A stretch of DNA of 63,975 bases, counting the filler, from Basidiobolus ranarum (Eukaryota), in the NCBI GenBank assembly GCA_040143965.1. It is 3 parts of 3 records of this genome, joined end to end, with 100 filler letters (N's around TTAATTAATTAA, not from the genome) between each part and the next. Parts side by side here need not be neighbours in the genome. Positions count along the whole stretch, not along the records: positions 45,248 to 63,975 come from JASJQH010007144.1; 2 more parts are not named here. One strand, given 5' to 3'. Positions 53,644-63,975 of this stretch are shown piece by piece (position 1 is the stretch's first letter; each line of letters starts with the position of its first letter). The translations under genes and the position numbers were made by a program. The notes under the pieces are model-generated. The model saw only the letters and a program-made list of their open reading frames with translations, ran no database searches and was not told the DNA's origin.

Positions 53644-54522
53644 CTTAATCCAGCTTCTAACAATAAAGAGTAGCAATCCTAAATATTACTGCCCAAGTGG
53701 CTCACAAAAAGGAATTCTTTGGCTATTTTCAAGCATATCTCGGAATCACATTGAAAGAAATCATGTAGCAGACTTGAAATTTAAAAATGATTAAACTAAA
53801 CCATTTGTAAGCAATATCGTTTTGAATGTTTACTAATTAAGCAGGCAAGCAGGATCAACTTGGATAGTGCTATGATTAATCATCAAATAGATGACTCTAT
53901 CCTCATAATGGCGATACCCGATTGATAATATATAGTTGACTAACCAAAATGTAAATTGCTTGATCAATGTGAGTGATTGGCTTACCATGGCGTGATTTAA
54001 AGGTGTGATTTCGAGCTCTGATTTCGTGTCAAAAAGATTCATGTAATTAAAAGCGGGGGCGGATGGATGACTGTTAGATGAGGATTATATTCCGATGGAC
54101 AGCAATAATCAAGATTAGAGGCCTAGGAAAATGAATTGGCTTAGTAGATTAACTTTGCCCCACATAAATACCTACAAATATCTGTAGCTACAAAGTTCTG
54201 TCACAGATAAGCAGTCCTTATTGTCTCCCATAATTGGCAACTAAGTGGAAAAGATTAAGCGAACTTGCCTATTTAGGAAAGCAGACAAATTGCGTTATTT
54301 CGAGCTCTGTTTATACAATATTGCACCATCTCTGAGTTTGACTCACTAAGGGATTAGTGATCGAAGTGCCACTGAGGATTGAATATATAATCCTTGGTAC
54401 AATGGTATCCAGACTACACCATTCATTTGTCACTGGATCTTTATTCTCCTAGGGTTGCTCTTCTCGCATAGTATACATCACATTTATAAAATACATTTCA
54501 CACATCTAATTATATACGCAAC

Positions 54523-57500
54523 ATGACTGTCATTGCTCCCATTAATCCTTCTTCCTTCCCTGTTGGATGGCGCTTGACTGACAAAGAAGTGCTAGTATTG
54601 GGATCAGATAGCGGTGCCATTCAGAGAGCTACTCTAGCTTTGAACTCGGGGGCCAATGTTACCCTGATTTCTTCTGATGATTTGAACGACTCATTAGTTG
54701 GCAAGGTCCAACATATTCAACGCCAATTTCAACAGGAAGATCTCGATAATGCCGCTTTGGTTCTAGCCTCAGCTGGTGAAAAGATCTCCGCTTTAAAGAT
54801 TTCCAACCGCTGCCGTGACAAACGTATTCCTGTCCACATCGCTAATTTCCCCCAGTACTCTGACTTTGAATTACTTGTGGAAGAGAATGAATCTGCTGTA
54901 GAGGTAGCCGATCATAAAGTCGAGGAAGAATTGGTTCAAGAGGAATCTTTATTTTCATTGGCAGTTAATTCTTTCGATTTCCCACTTTCCTCTGGAATTT
55001 TGGATGCAAACGCTGCTGTTTCTTATGTCGCTTATGCTTTGAGCGATATTGCTTTTGTCTATCCCGTTGTACCTTCTGGTCATCTTGGCGAACAAGCTGA
55101 GATCTGGGGAAAGGAAGGAAAACTAAATGCCTTCGGTAAGACTGTGAAAACTTTACGAATGGACACCAGATCTGGGGCTGCTACTGCAGTTCTCGGCGCT
55201 TCTTCCAACGGTTCCAGTACTTCTGTGCTCACTGGCTCACAGGCCATTCTTCATATGATTCCTACTATGTATACTTTGGCTGATTCTCGAGTGCCAGTGG
55301 TCTTCCATGTTTCCACTCAGGCATTCAGCGACAATTTGGATGCATTTGGGGATAATTTTGATATTATGACTGCTCGTCAAACCGGTTTTGCCTTATTATC
55401 TTCCAGTACCGCACAAGAAGCCTACGATTTTGCTGTTATTGCTCATGTCGCTTCTGCTGTCACCCAAACTCCTATCCTTCACTTCTTTGATGGTGTACGT
55501 GTTGCACATGAACAATCACAGATTGAAATAGCTCAACCTGGCGAACTTGTTTCGTTCTACGAGGGTATCCTCAACAATGACAGCTCCTTCAATTCGGTAG
55601 CTGAAGCCATTAGCGAGGTTATGAGCAAATTCGGCACACTCTTTGGTCGCAAGTATCAACCCGTTGAGTACTATGGCGCTGAAGATGCTACTGATGTTAT
55701 TGTTCACGTCGGATCTGCTAGCTCAATCATTGAAAAGACTGTTGAGCATCTGAGCAAGGATTCCAAGAAGTATGGTTTCCTCTCTGTACGTCTTTACCGT
55801 CCTTGGAGCGTAGAGCAAATCTTAGCGTTCTTACCTAGTAGCACTAAAAATATTATCATCTTGGAGCAAACATCAAGTGTTACCGGTATTAACGGACCAT
55901 TACTTCAAGATTTTTCAGCTACTCTTCAACAAAGCAAAGAACTCCGTGATCAAAAACCTAGATTGATCAGTGGTAAATTCGGGGGTGTTACTAATTTCAC
56001 CCCATCTACCGTAAAGGCCATTTATGAGCAGGCTAGTCTTGTCAACATCATCGATTTCAATGATGAAGCTTTTACCAATGCTCCTGAATTTGACATTCAA
56101 GGTGATATCAAACAATCAATCTTTTGGGACATTGCCGCCAAGAGCACTGCCAATACTGCTACTCATTTAGCCAAGGTCTTCCCTCAATCTCAATTGTACA
56201 CTTCCTATGATGCGTACACCAATGGTGGTGTTGCTTTCACTGAGCTTCGTCACTCTGAAGAACCCACTCAATTCCTCTCTTATCCCGTCCAACATGCTGA
56301 CTATATTGGTATCCACGATGACTCCATTCTGGATAAATATAACTTTCTGTCTGCAGCAAAGAAAGGTACAAAGATTGTGATCAATACCGCATTAAAGGGC
56401 GAGGAGCTAGAGAAATCACTTCCAGGTTCATTCAAGAAAGATGCTTTAAAGGTTCAACCGGAATTATTTGTTCTGGATGCTTCCAAGGCCCTAAGTGAGT
56501 TAGGATTGGACAAGGATCTCACTATTGTTGTCCTTCAAGCTGTGTATCTTAAACTTCAAAATCATACTGAGATTGCTGAAGTATTATCTCAACAATATGT
56601 CAATAAGGCTGGTGTAGAGGTTCTTTTCAGAGATATCGTTGATAAGATTGAGCAAGAGTTAACCGTAGTAGAGTTACCTGCTACTTGGGCAGAGGTAGAA
56701 GCAGAAGAAGAGGAAATTACTTTGCCTTACAAGGTAAATGGAAGCTTAGCACCCGACACCTTGGAGGAATCAGAAAGCAAATTCACTGACGTCTCAAACT
56801 GGCATTCATCCGCTTGGAAATTGATGTTCCAAGAAGCTTTCCAAACTCAGGCTGAAAACCACGAAAACAAAACATTCATCGTTACGTTGACTGAGAATAG
56901 AAGATTAACTCCACTCAATTATGATCGTAACGTGTTTCATTTGGAAATGGATACCACTGGTACTGGACTTGAGTATGGAATTGGTGACGCTCTCGGTGTT
57001 CATGGACATAATGCCATCGAAGAGACACTCGAATTTTTGGACTTCTACAAATTGAATCCCGATAGCATTATTTCAGTCAAAAAGGAGCTGGATTCCGAGC
57101 AAGGTGAGAACCGTACCATGCTTCAGCTATTCACTCAACATCTTGACATCTTTGGACGCCCCTCAAAGCGTTTCTACGAGGCTTTAGCCACCTTTGCCAA
57201 AGATCCAAGTGAGAAGGAAAGATTAGAATTTTTGATATCCTCAGAAGGCGCCACTGAATTCAAGCAAAGAGTTAACGATACCATTACATATGCCGATATA
57301 TTGAAGGAGTTCACATCTGCTCATCCAGATATTGATGACCTGGTTCAACTTGTGCCTCCCATCAAGCCCCGTCATTACTCTATTGCTTCATCTATGAAGA
57401 TGCATCCCAACAGTGTACACTTGTTAGTTGTCTTGGTCGACTGGACTACATCTACTGGCGAAGAAAGAATTGGTCAATGTACACGTTACCTTTCTCAAAT

Positions 57501-58023
57501 GAAGGTTGGCGATCAACTCACAGTATCGATCAAACCATCCGTCATGAAGCTTCCACCCAGAGATGAGCAGCCAGTGATCATGGCTGGTCTCGGTACTGGT
57601 ATGGCTCCCTTCCGAGCTTTCGTTCAAGAAAGAGCTTACTTGAAGGCGCAAGGCAAACAGGTTGGGCCCATGGCGCTCTACTTCGGTTCACGTTTCCGTA
57701 GTTCCGAATATCTTTATGGTGAAGAGTTGGAGGCATACCATGCTGAAGGCTTGCTTACTCACCTCCAATTAGCTTTCTCTCGTGATCAAAAGCAGAAGAT
57801 TTATATTCAACACAAGATGCAAGAAGATTCCCAGTTGCTTCATCAATATATGTTGCAAGAGGATGGTCATTTCTATCTTTGCGGTCCAACATGGCCTGCA
57901 GGTGATGTTAAGGATGCTATGGTATCTAGCTTCGTAGAAAACGGTGGTATCACTGAGAGCCAAGCTAACAACAAAATCAGTGAACTCAAAGAATTGGAGA
58001 AGTATATCTTAGAAGTGTATTAG
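54523..58023 (+). CDS. MET10: Assimilatory sulfite reductase alpha (flavoprotein) subunit with extra N-terminal Met8/CysG-like domain
   Basis: PFOR-like domains (VAYALSD..FVYP, HFFDG, VRLYRPWS) followed by a CPR-type module (ENRRLTP..YDRNVFH, KPRHYSIASS, GLGTGMAPFRAF, AFSRDQ, YLCGPTWP, YILEVY). Confidence 0.92.
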   Translation: MTVIAPINPSSFPVGWRLTDKEVLVLGSDSGAIQRATLALNSGANVTLISSDDLNDSLVGKVQHIQRQFQQEDLDNAALVLASAGEKISALKISNRCRDKRIPVHIANFPQYSDFELLVEENESAVEVADHKVEEELVQEESLFSLAVNSFDFPLSSGILDANAAVSYVAYALSDIAFVYPVVPSGHLGEQAEIWGKEGKLNAFGKTVKTLRMDTRSGAATAVLGASSNGSSTSVLTGSQAILHMIPTMYTLADSRVPVVFHVSTQAFSDNLDAFGDNFDIMTARQTGFALLSSSTAQEAYDFAVIAHVASAVTQTPILHFFDGVRVAHEQSQIEIAQPGELVSFYEGILNNDSSFNSVAEAISEVMSKFGTLFGRKYQPVEYYGAEDATDVIVHVGSASSIIEKTVEHLSKDSKKYGFLSVRLYRPWSVEQILAFLPSSTKNIIILEQTSSVTGINGPLLQDFSATLQQSKELRDQKPRLISGKFGGVTNFTPSTVKAIYEQASLVNIIDFNDEAFTNAPEFDIQGDIKQSIFWDIAAKSTANTATHLAKVFPQSQLYTSYDAYTNGGVAFTELRHSEEPTQFLSYPVQHADYIGIHDDSILDKYNFLSAAKKGTKIVINTALKGEELEKSLPGSFKKDALKVQPELFVLDASKALSELGLDKDLTIVVLQAVYLKLQNHTEIAEVLSQQYVNKAGVEVLFRDIVDKIEQELTVVELPATWAEVEAEEEEITLPYKVNGSLAPDTLEESESKFTDVSNWHSSAWKLMFQEAFQTQAENHENKTFIVTLTENRRLTPLNYDRNVFHLEMDTTGTGLEYGIGDALGVHGHNAIEETLEFLDFYKLNPDSIISVKKELDSEQGENRTMLQLFTQHLDIFGRPSKRFYEALATFAKDPSEKERLEFLISSEGATEFKQRVNDTITYADILKEFTSAHPDIDDLVQLVPPIKPRHYSIASSMKMHPNSVHLLVVLVDWTTSTGEERIGQCTRYLSQMKVGDQLTVSIKPSVMKLPPRDEQPVIMAGLGTGMAPFRAFVQERAYLKAQGKQVGPMALYFGSRFRSSEYLYGEELEAYHAEGLLTHLQLAFSRDQKQKIYIQHKMQEDSQLLHQYMLQEDGHFYLCGPTWPAGDVKDAMVSSFVENGGITESQANNKISELKELEKYILEVY

Positions 58024-58448
58024 ATTCTCCAAGTTTCATATGTATCTTTAACTCATCGGACTCTTAGTTTTATTGCTTTGTACATGGACATTCTCTTGAC
58101 CTCTAATCAGACTTTATTTCATGTCTGTCTTTTCTTAATAAACATTTCCCCTAATAATCTTGGAGTATTTTGCAAACGAACATATCATATACTGAACCAT
58201 AATGAGTGTTATCGTTTAAATTCATTTGATGAGGTTCATTTGTTACGAGATGAATTTTACTAGTATAAAAATTTGTAGCCAGTGGACATTTGGAATTTAC
58301 TCAATTTGAATGGATTACCAAAACCGGTCCATTTCCTAAAATGGGTATAGAGAAATTTTTGTTCGATTTAATGAAATTTTGTACACAATTTGGTTATAAC
58401 CTCTCTCTTTTCAAACGAGAAAGGGAACATCCCCTTGATTATACTAGC

Positions 58449-61269
58449 ATGCTCCGCTTACTAAGAGTAACTCCTAGAATAGTCACGCGTAGCTTTCTCA
58501 ATGCAAGCCTGAAACGTAGCGTACTTCCTCCTGGTAGGCTTCCTGCTTCAACTTCCTTTAGAAGCCCTATTCTTGGTGTTCGTAGTGCCTCCACCACTTC
58601 CGAAGATTTCAATCAAATCAGCGTTAGTGCTACTAGCGATGAATTATCACACCCTGAGGAATACGGGGATATAAATTTAGAGGTTGGTGATTTGATAGAA
58701 ATGAGAAGGTGAGTTTTCTAAACATTTACTCGAGGAGTTTCTGGCTAATTACTAATAATAATCTATTTGTCGTTTGTAAAGATTTGAAAAGAACTTTTTG
58801 GGAGTAGTCACCAGTCTAACTAGTGGTATGGGCGTGAACGAAGCTATATTATATAATGGATATCGTAAGAATTTTCGTACCAACGATGTAACTTTTCGAA
58901 TTTCCAAAAAGGATTTCTTCGCTTGCTCTAATGAAGAACTGGGTATCCCTTTATCGTTGGATACTCCCATCGAAGAATTAACGGAGAGTTTGACTCGATC
59001 CATCACGTCCTTTCAGAGAAAGGCTGTAAGAGTACAGTGGCAGAAGCTTTTGTTGCTACAAAAACTCTATCAGAATAAGAGAATTTTACGTAAAGAATCC
59101 AGCTTGATGATACGTGATATTGCCGCGGAATTATACGAAAGAAAACCCACTCCATTGGATCTTTACGCTGTTTACTTGTTCTTGGTGAAAGACGGAATTC
59201 GTTTCATAGCCGACAAAACTGTACTAAGATTTTCAGAGGAGATCTTTTTACGACCAGAATCTGAAGTCAAGGTAATTCAGAACGTTATCAACCGCGTACG
59301 CAATCAAGATCCAACTGTCGCTGCCTTCGTAGATAAATGTAAGAGCATCATTGAAGTGAAATCTACCACGAAGGATACAAAGAGTCTGAAAAGTGCTTTG
59401 AAAGATATCTCTTTCACCTCAGATGATCTTTTGTTCATTCAATTCTTGAGAAACTATGTGACTTCTTACAACCGTCTATGCACAAATCCCTATACTGTCG
59501 TTGTTCCTTCCCTCTTGAAGCCCTTGAAAGTTTATGGCGATATTGAAGTTGATACTGTAGTCCGGTTTCTGAAAGATATAGGTGTTTGGTCACCTTGGGA
59601 GAATGCCAATCTTTTCGAAACTCCAGTGCCTTTGTGGGGGATTGGTACCTCCAAAGAAGCTGATCAAACAGAGTTGGAAAGCAAGTTATACGCTAAACAA
59701 ATATCCGAGATACCAATTACTGATTTGTTGCATGGAGATGAAAAGCAAGCTATCCAGAAGAAACAGAAAAACTGGCAAGGTTCCTCTGTCGCTATCAGAG
59801 AGGAGCAGGAGATGAACAGCGATACTTTCTACACCCGGGATTTATGTGAAAGCATTAGACATGACTTTGGTGACTTGCCAGTGTACACTATTGATGATCC
59901 TACAGCATTTGAGATTGACGATGGTATTTCAATTGAGAAGCGTGGTGACGAAACATGGTTCCACGTCCATGTTGCCGATCCTACTAGTATTATTCCTCCA
60001 ACACATCGATTATCTCAAATCGCCCAGGAAAGAGTTCAAAGTGTGTATTTACCAGAACGACAGTTCCCACTTCTTCCCACCGTAATTGGTAAAGAGGTGT
60101 TCAGTTTGGAAAAAGGCGCCAGCGAGCATGGAAACCCTACACTCACCTTCAGTTTCAGGATAGGTGAAGACGGGAACCTTATTGATCCTATCATTCGTCC
60201 AGGCTTGGTGCACAACGTACGTTCTATGTTTTATGAGGATGTTGACCATGTTATTGCTCCTGTGTTTAAACCGATTGGTGAGTGGGAGGGCCAGGGAGAA
60301 GTCAAAAACTATACCCATCCAAGTGACTCTAAACCTCAAGCATATCAATCACGTAAAAATACTGTTCCAGCCTCTGCTCACGATAATCTAAAGGAGATGC
60401 AAGAGCAATCCTTGAAACACTTTCGACAACGTGTCAAGAATGGGGCGTTCTCCACCAATATACCAAGACCCAACTTATTTGTCAACCCATTCCCACTTCC
60501 TATGGCATCTGAAATACCTACCGGACCTCGACTATTCCCTAAGATGCCACAAATTGAGTTGAGTGTAGACAACAGTTCGTATTCTGCATCCCATCAGATG
60601 GTTGCTGAATTCATGGTCATGGCTGGTAAAGTAGCGGCCTTGTATATGCAGGAGAGAAACATTCCCACTTTGTACCGTTCTCAGGACGCCCCAGATTTCT
60701 CGAAAGCACCTCAGGATGTAATCAGCCAAGTACTATCCAATGTTGACCCCAATAGTGGAATGCTCTCGTTCATTGAACAAAGCAAAATTAGAGAATACCT
60801 ACCTTCAGCTAACATCACACTCGAGCCAAGTATGCATTGGTCCATGGGTGTTACCAATGGCTACACTAAAGTAACCTCTCCTTTAAGAAGATACGTGGAT
60901 TTGATTAGTCACTGGCAGCTCAAGGCTCATTTCTTGAACCATAAATTCCCTTTCCAACGGGAAACATTGGAAAAATTGCCCATGAAGTTAAGAAGAATGG
61001 AGAAAGACATGCGGATTCTCGAACAACGCACTAACAGATTTTGGGCGTTAGAGTTTCTGCAAAGACTGCAGACCGAACAACCCAATCAGGTCTACCGAGC
61101 TGTAATCACATCCTCAATAGACGATGAACATGTAGGTGCCACCTTAACTGACTTTGGAGTCCAGGGCAAGCTAGATTGTGAAAGTGCCCTACCTGTCGGA
61201 ACCACTTTGGATGTTTCGATAGTTAATTTGAATTCGTACGAGCTACTCTTTGAATTAAAACAAGTATAG
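58449..61269 (+). CDS. Mitochondrial RNase II/RNB exoribonuclease (Dss1/Cyt-4-like), 1 intron
   Basis: Presequence MLRLLRVTPR; intron 58709-58781; IDDPTAFEIDDGIS, HVHVADP, MVAEFM, TSPLRRYVDL. Confidence 0.9.
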
Positions 61270-61507
61270 GTCGTTCTTTTCTTGATCAATGACTTGGAAA
61301 CACTCCGCTATACTAAGCGTTAGACAACCATTTGCTTTGTAAATACATGGCGTTTTTTTACGTTACACAGACATCTTTTTTGAAAAAGATAATAAATCTT
61401 AGTTTATCTCCAATAGTCTTCAAAATCTCATTTATTCCAAAGTTTGCCATATTCTACATAATGAATGTAATTAAATTACGGAGCTACTCCAATTTATACC
61501 AGATTCT

Positions 61508-62005
61508 TTAATCTTCTCCGTCAGACTCCCCTTCCGAGTCATCGCTCGAGTCGGTAGCTACAGTATGATTAGGATTATGGAACAATAAATCGTCGTCGGA
61601 GTCGTCCGAACTTTCTTCCTTCTTACTACAAATTACAAAAAAACCTCCAGTCAATATATAGGCTAGAAAACATAAACAACTTTTAACTTACTCTGTAAAT
61701 TCAGGTGGAAATAGTCCTCTAGTCGTCAAATCTTTGACGTGATTTGGGAATAGAACCTGTACAATGTCGGCGAAAATTTTCGTATCCGTATGTTCGCATG
61801 GTTCTACGATGACAAAATGCCCTCTTTTGACGTAGACTAAATTACGATATTTGGAAGGTAAGGATACCAAGACCTGTTTACCATCAGTTAATTCTACTTC
61901 GTGCAAATTTTGACCTCTTGGACCAACTACTCTTGCAAATATCTGGTTTGCTGTGGGTTCCGGGCAAGCGGAGAAGAAATCTTGAGTAACTTTCTTACGA
62001 CTCAT
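61508..62005 (-). CDS. EIF1AD: eIF1A-domain RNA-binding protein, 1 intron
   Basis: ARVVGPRGQNLHEV, LPSKYRNLVYVKRGHFV; intron about 61625-61691; acidic tail DSDDDLLFHNPNH. Confidence 0.88.
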
Positions 62006-62094
62006 TGACTAACGTAGAAGAGTGAAAAAGAATTGAATGATATTAGCTCTCGACTAATAAACGAATATATTGGATTCATGATTAAGCTATGTAT

Positions 62095-62114
62095 CTAACC
62101 CTAACCCTAACCCT
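62095..62114. repeat. Interstitial (CCCTAA)n telomere-type repeat, 3.3 units
   Basis: CTAACCCTAACCCTAACCCT; further arrays at 62257-62271 and 49948-49960. Confidence 0.85.
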
Positions 62115-63189
62115 TCAATTTTATTTCTTTTTTTCTTCTTTTTGGTCTAACCATGAGTGGACTGGGGTGAGTGACCATTATTCAATTAATCATTCGTTTA
62201 ATCATTCCAGATCTTTATTCCATTTTCATTAATCAAAACTGATGGCTGAAGGATTGACCCTAACCCTAACCTTGAAACACCTATTTGTCATAATTCTTAG
62301 TAAAGTTCGATAAGATTGGTAAACTGATTGTATTAATTAGCAGCAAAGCCAGTCGTTCGTTAAATATTGAGTATTGAGCTTAGTCACCAGAGCCATAGTT
62401 TAGTGACCCAAGTGTTCGTTTATAATATCAGATTGAATACTATCAATCCGTCCCTGGAGAGTCAGGAGAGTAAGAGCAGCTGGACAAGATATCTACTCAT
62501 CTCTACTACAGACTCCTTGGGTTCATGATGCGGCGCTTATGTTAACACCAATATCCAGATAACAGTGACCATAGTAACCTCTGGGCCTTAGTTACTGGGA
62601 CTGATGAGATGTACCAAAAAAGTAATCCGATTTTCCGCCGACATACGACTCTAATTAACTAGCTGAGAATGATAAATGGGTATGAAAGTGGACTTTAACT
62701 TGCTGGAATGTTGTAGGCCGTTGTTTTCATAGCCAGTAACTGAATAGGGTAAATATGTTTCTCGGAATAGCAATGACTGACTACAATTTTCGGCATCAGA
62801 TTAAGCTTCAAATGTTTTCCCTCAATTTCTAGATGCCCCAATGCCCTTTTGAGTTTATATTTGCTCAAACTTGAATCTGATTGAAAATTTCATTTGGATA
62901 TTTATCAGATGGAGCCCATTTGGTAGAGTTTCCACAAGTATTTCAACCAAAACTCCACTTTGTACAATGTTGGAATCTTCGATTGAGCTTTGTGCAATCC
63001 ACCCACCAGTTTAAGTAACTATTTGTATGAGTCGGTATTGTCCATCTCTATTTGTTAATGTTTTAGCCGCGTAGCTATTATCTGATCATCTGATATGCCA
63101 CCAATCACTTGCCAATTTTGAGAGGGTTAAAAAGGGGTGTTGATGAATATTGTGACTCAATCCCCTTCTTCCCAAGAACTATCGAAAGA

Positions 63190-63852
63190 ATGAATCGTCT
63201 TCTGACAATTGGTATATGCGCTTTGAGCCTTTTTGGTGCGCTGAGTTCTGGTGAGAAAACCGAAGAAGAAGCAGCATTCTTGGCTCGTCAAATGGTTCAC
63301 TCCTATGGAATGGGAACCTTAATCACCACCTATCCAGATGGTCAACCTTTCGGTTCAATGGACTACTTTGCCGATGACTGCCCCAGCAGTGGTGATCCTT
63401 TACTATATCTCTCATCCATGCAGGTTTCTGTACGTAACTTTCGACAAAATCCTCGCGCTGCATTGGCCATTCAAAGTCACTTGAACTCTACCGACCAGTC
63501 ACCAATGCCTCATGCTCGGTTCACCTTGATGGGTGAGATTCGACCAGTTCCCACAGAAGAGTTGAACAGAAATTTGAATGAATTAAGGGAATGCTTTTTC
63601 AAAAAACACGAAGAAGCTAGAAGATGGCCTCGCGGACATGCATTTAGATTCTATCGCCTTCATGTGGACCGTATCTATTGGATTGGTGGCTTTGGTGGAT
63701 ACCATTATATCGGGCCCATTAAACCTGAGGTATATCATGAGATCGTCAAATTTGATCCACAAAATGTTGCAAGGGAACCCACTTACCTTAGCTCTCGCCA
63801 AAAGATCATTCAAAAATTAGAACAACTAGGTGGATTCATTATCTTAAAGTAA
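63190..63852 (+). CDS. CREG-like secreted protein (split-barrel, pyridoxamine-phosphate-oxidase-like fold)
   Basis: Signal peptide, GTLIT...PFG..DYFADD, GDPLLYLS, ARFTLMG, CFFKKHEEARRW, RIYWIGGFGG. Confidence 0.88.
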   Translation: MNRLLTIGICALSLFGALSSGEKTEEEAAFLARQMVHSYGMGTLITTYPDGQPFGSMDYFADDCPSSGDPLLYLSSMQVSVRNFRQNPRAALAIQSHLNSTDQSPMPHARFTLMGEIRPVPTEELNRNLNELRECFFKKHEEARRWPRGHAFRFYRLHVDRIYWIGGFGGYHYIGPIKPEVYHEIVKFDPQNVAREPTYLSSRQKIIQKLEQLGGFIILK

Positions 63853-63975
63853 TCCACAGAGTTCATCAAGAAATGCTGGTAATACTTGAATAAAAAACAT
63901 TTCCCTTAATACATCTGCTCCAATTGCCCTGATTAGAAATGATAGAGAATTAGATAATAATATATACCGCTGAAT

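Overview
Eukaryotic genomic DNA, most likely from an early-diverging fungus (Zoopagomycota/Mucoromycota-like; inferred from short GT-AG introns, a velvet gene and the gene content). The window is three segments joined by artificial N-TTAATTAATTAA-N linkers (22554-22653, 45148-45246), so adjacency across the linkers is unproven. Segment 1 (1-22553) holds solo LTRs, a SCOC-like gene, lysyl-tRNA synthetase, a velvet regulator, a GH20 hexosaminidase, two tandem SDRs, an AIF/AMID oxidoreductase and an MFS relic. Segment 2 (22654-45147) is a gene-free, strongly CpG-depleted nest of decayed Ty1/Copia elements and a CACTA/CMC-type DNA transposon family, plus a tRNA-like insert. Segment 3 (45247-63975) is gene-dense: RPL11, Rho GTPase, SmB, a SOD-fold mitoribosomal-type protein, a BED-finger protein, a DUF4203-like protein, MET10, an RNase II, EIF1AD and a CREG-like gene. 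Best leads: (i) a two-gene CACTA/CMC element carrying an unrecognised divergent ORF; (ii) a tRNA-like gene inside an LTR-like insert; (iii) a Met8/CysG-like domain fused to sulfite reductase Met10; (iv) a speculative telomerase-RNA/ncRNA locus at about 62.1-63.0 kb; (v) a likely domesticated hAT BED-finger gene. All calls come from reading motifs by eye; no searches were run.
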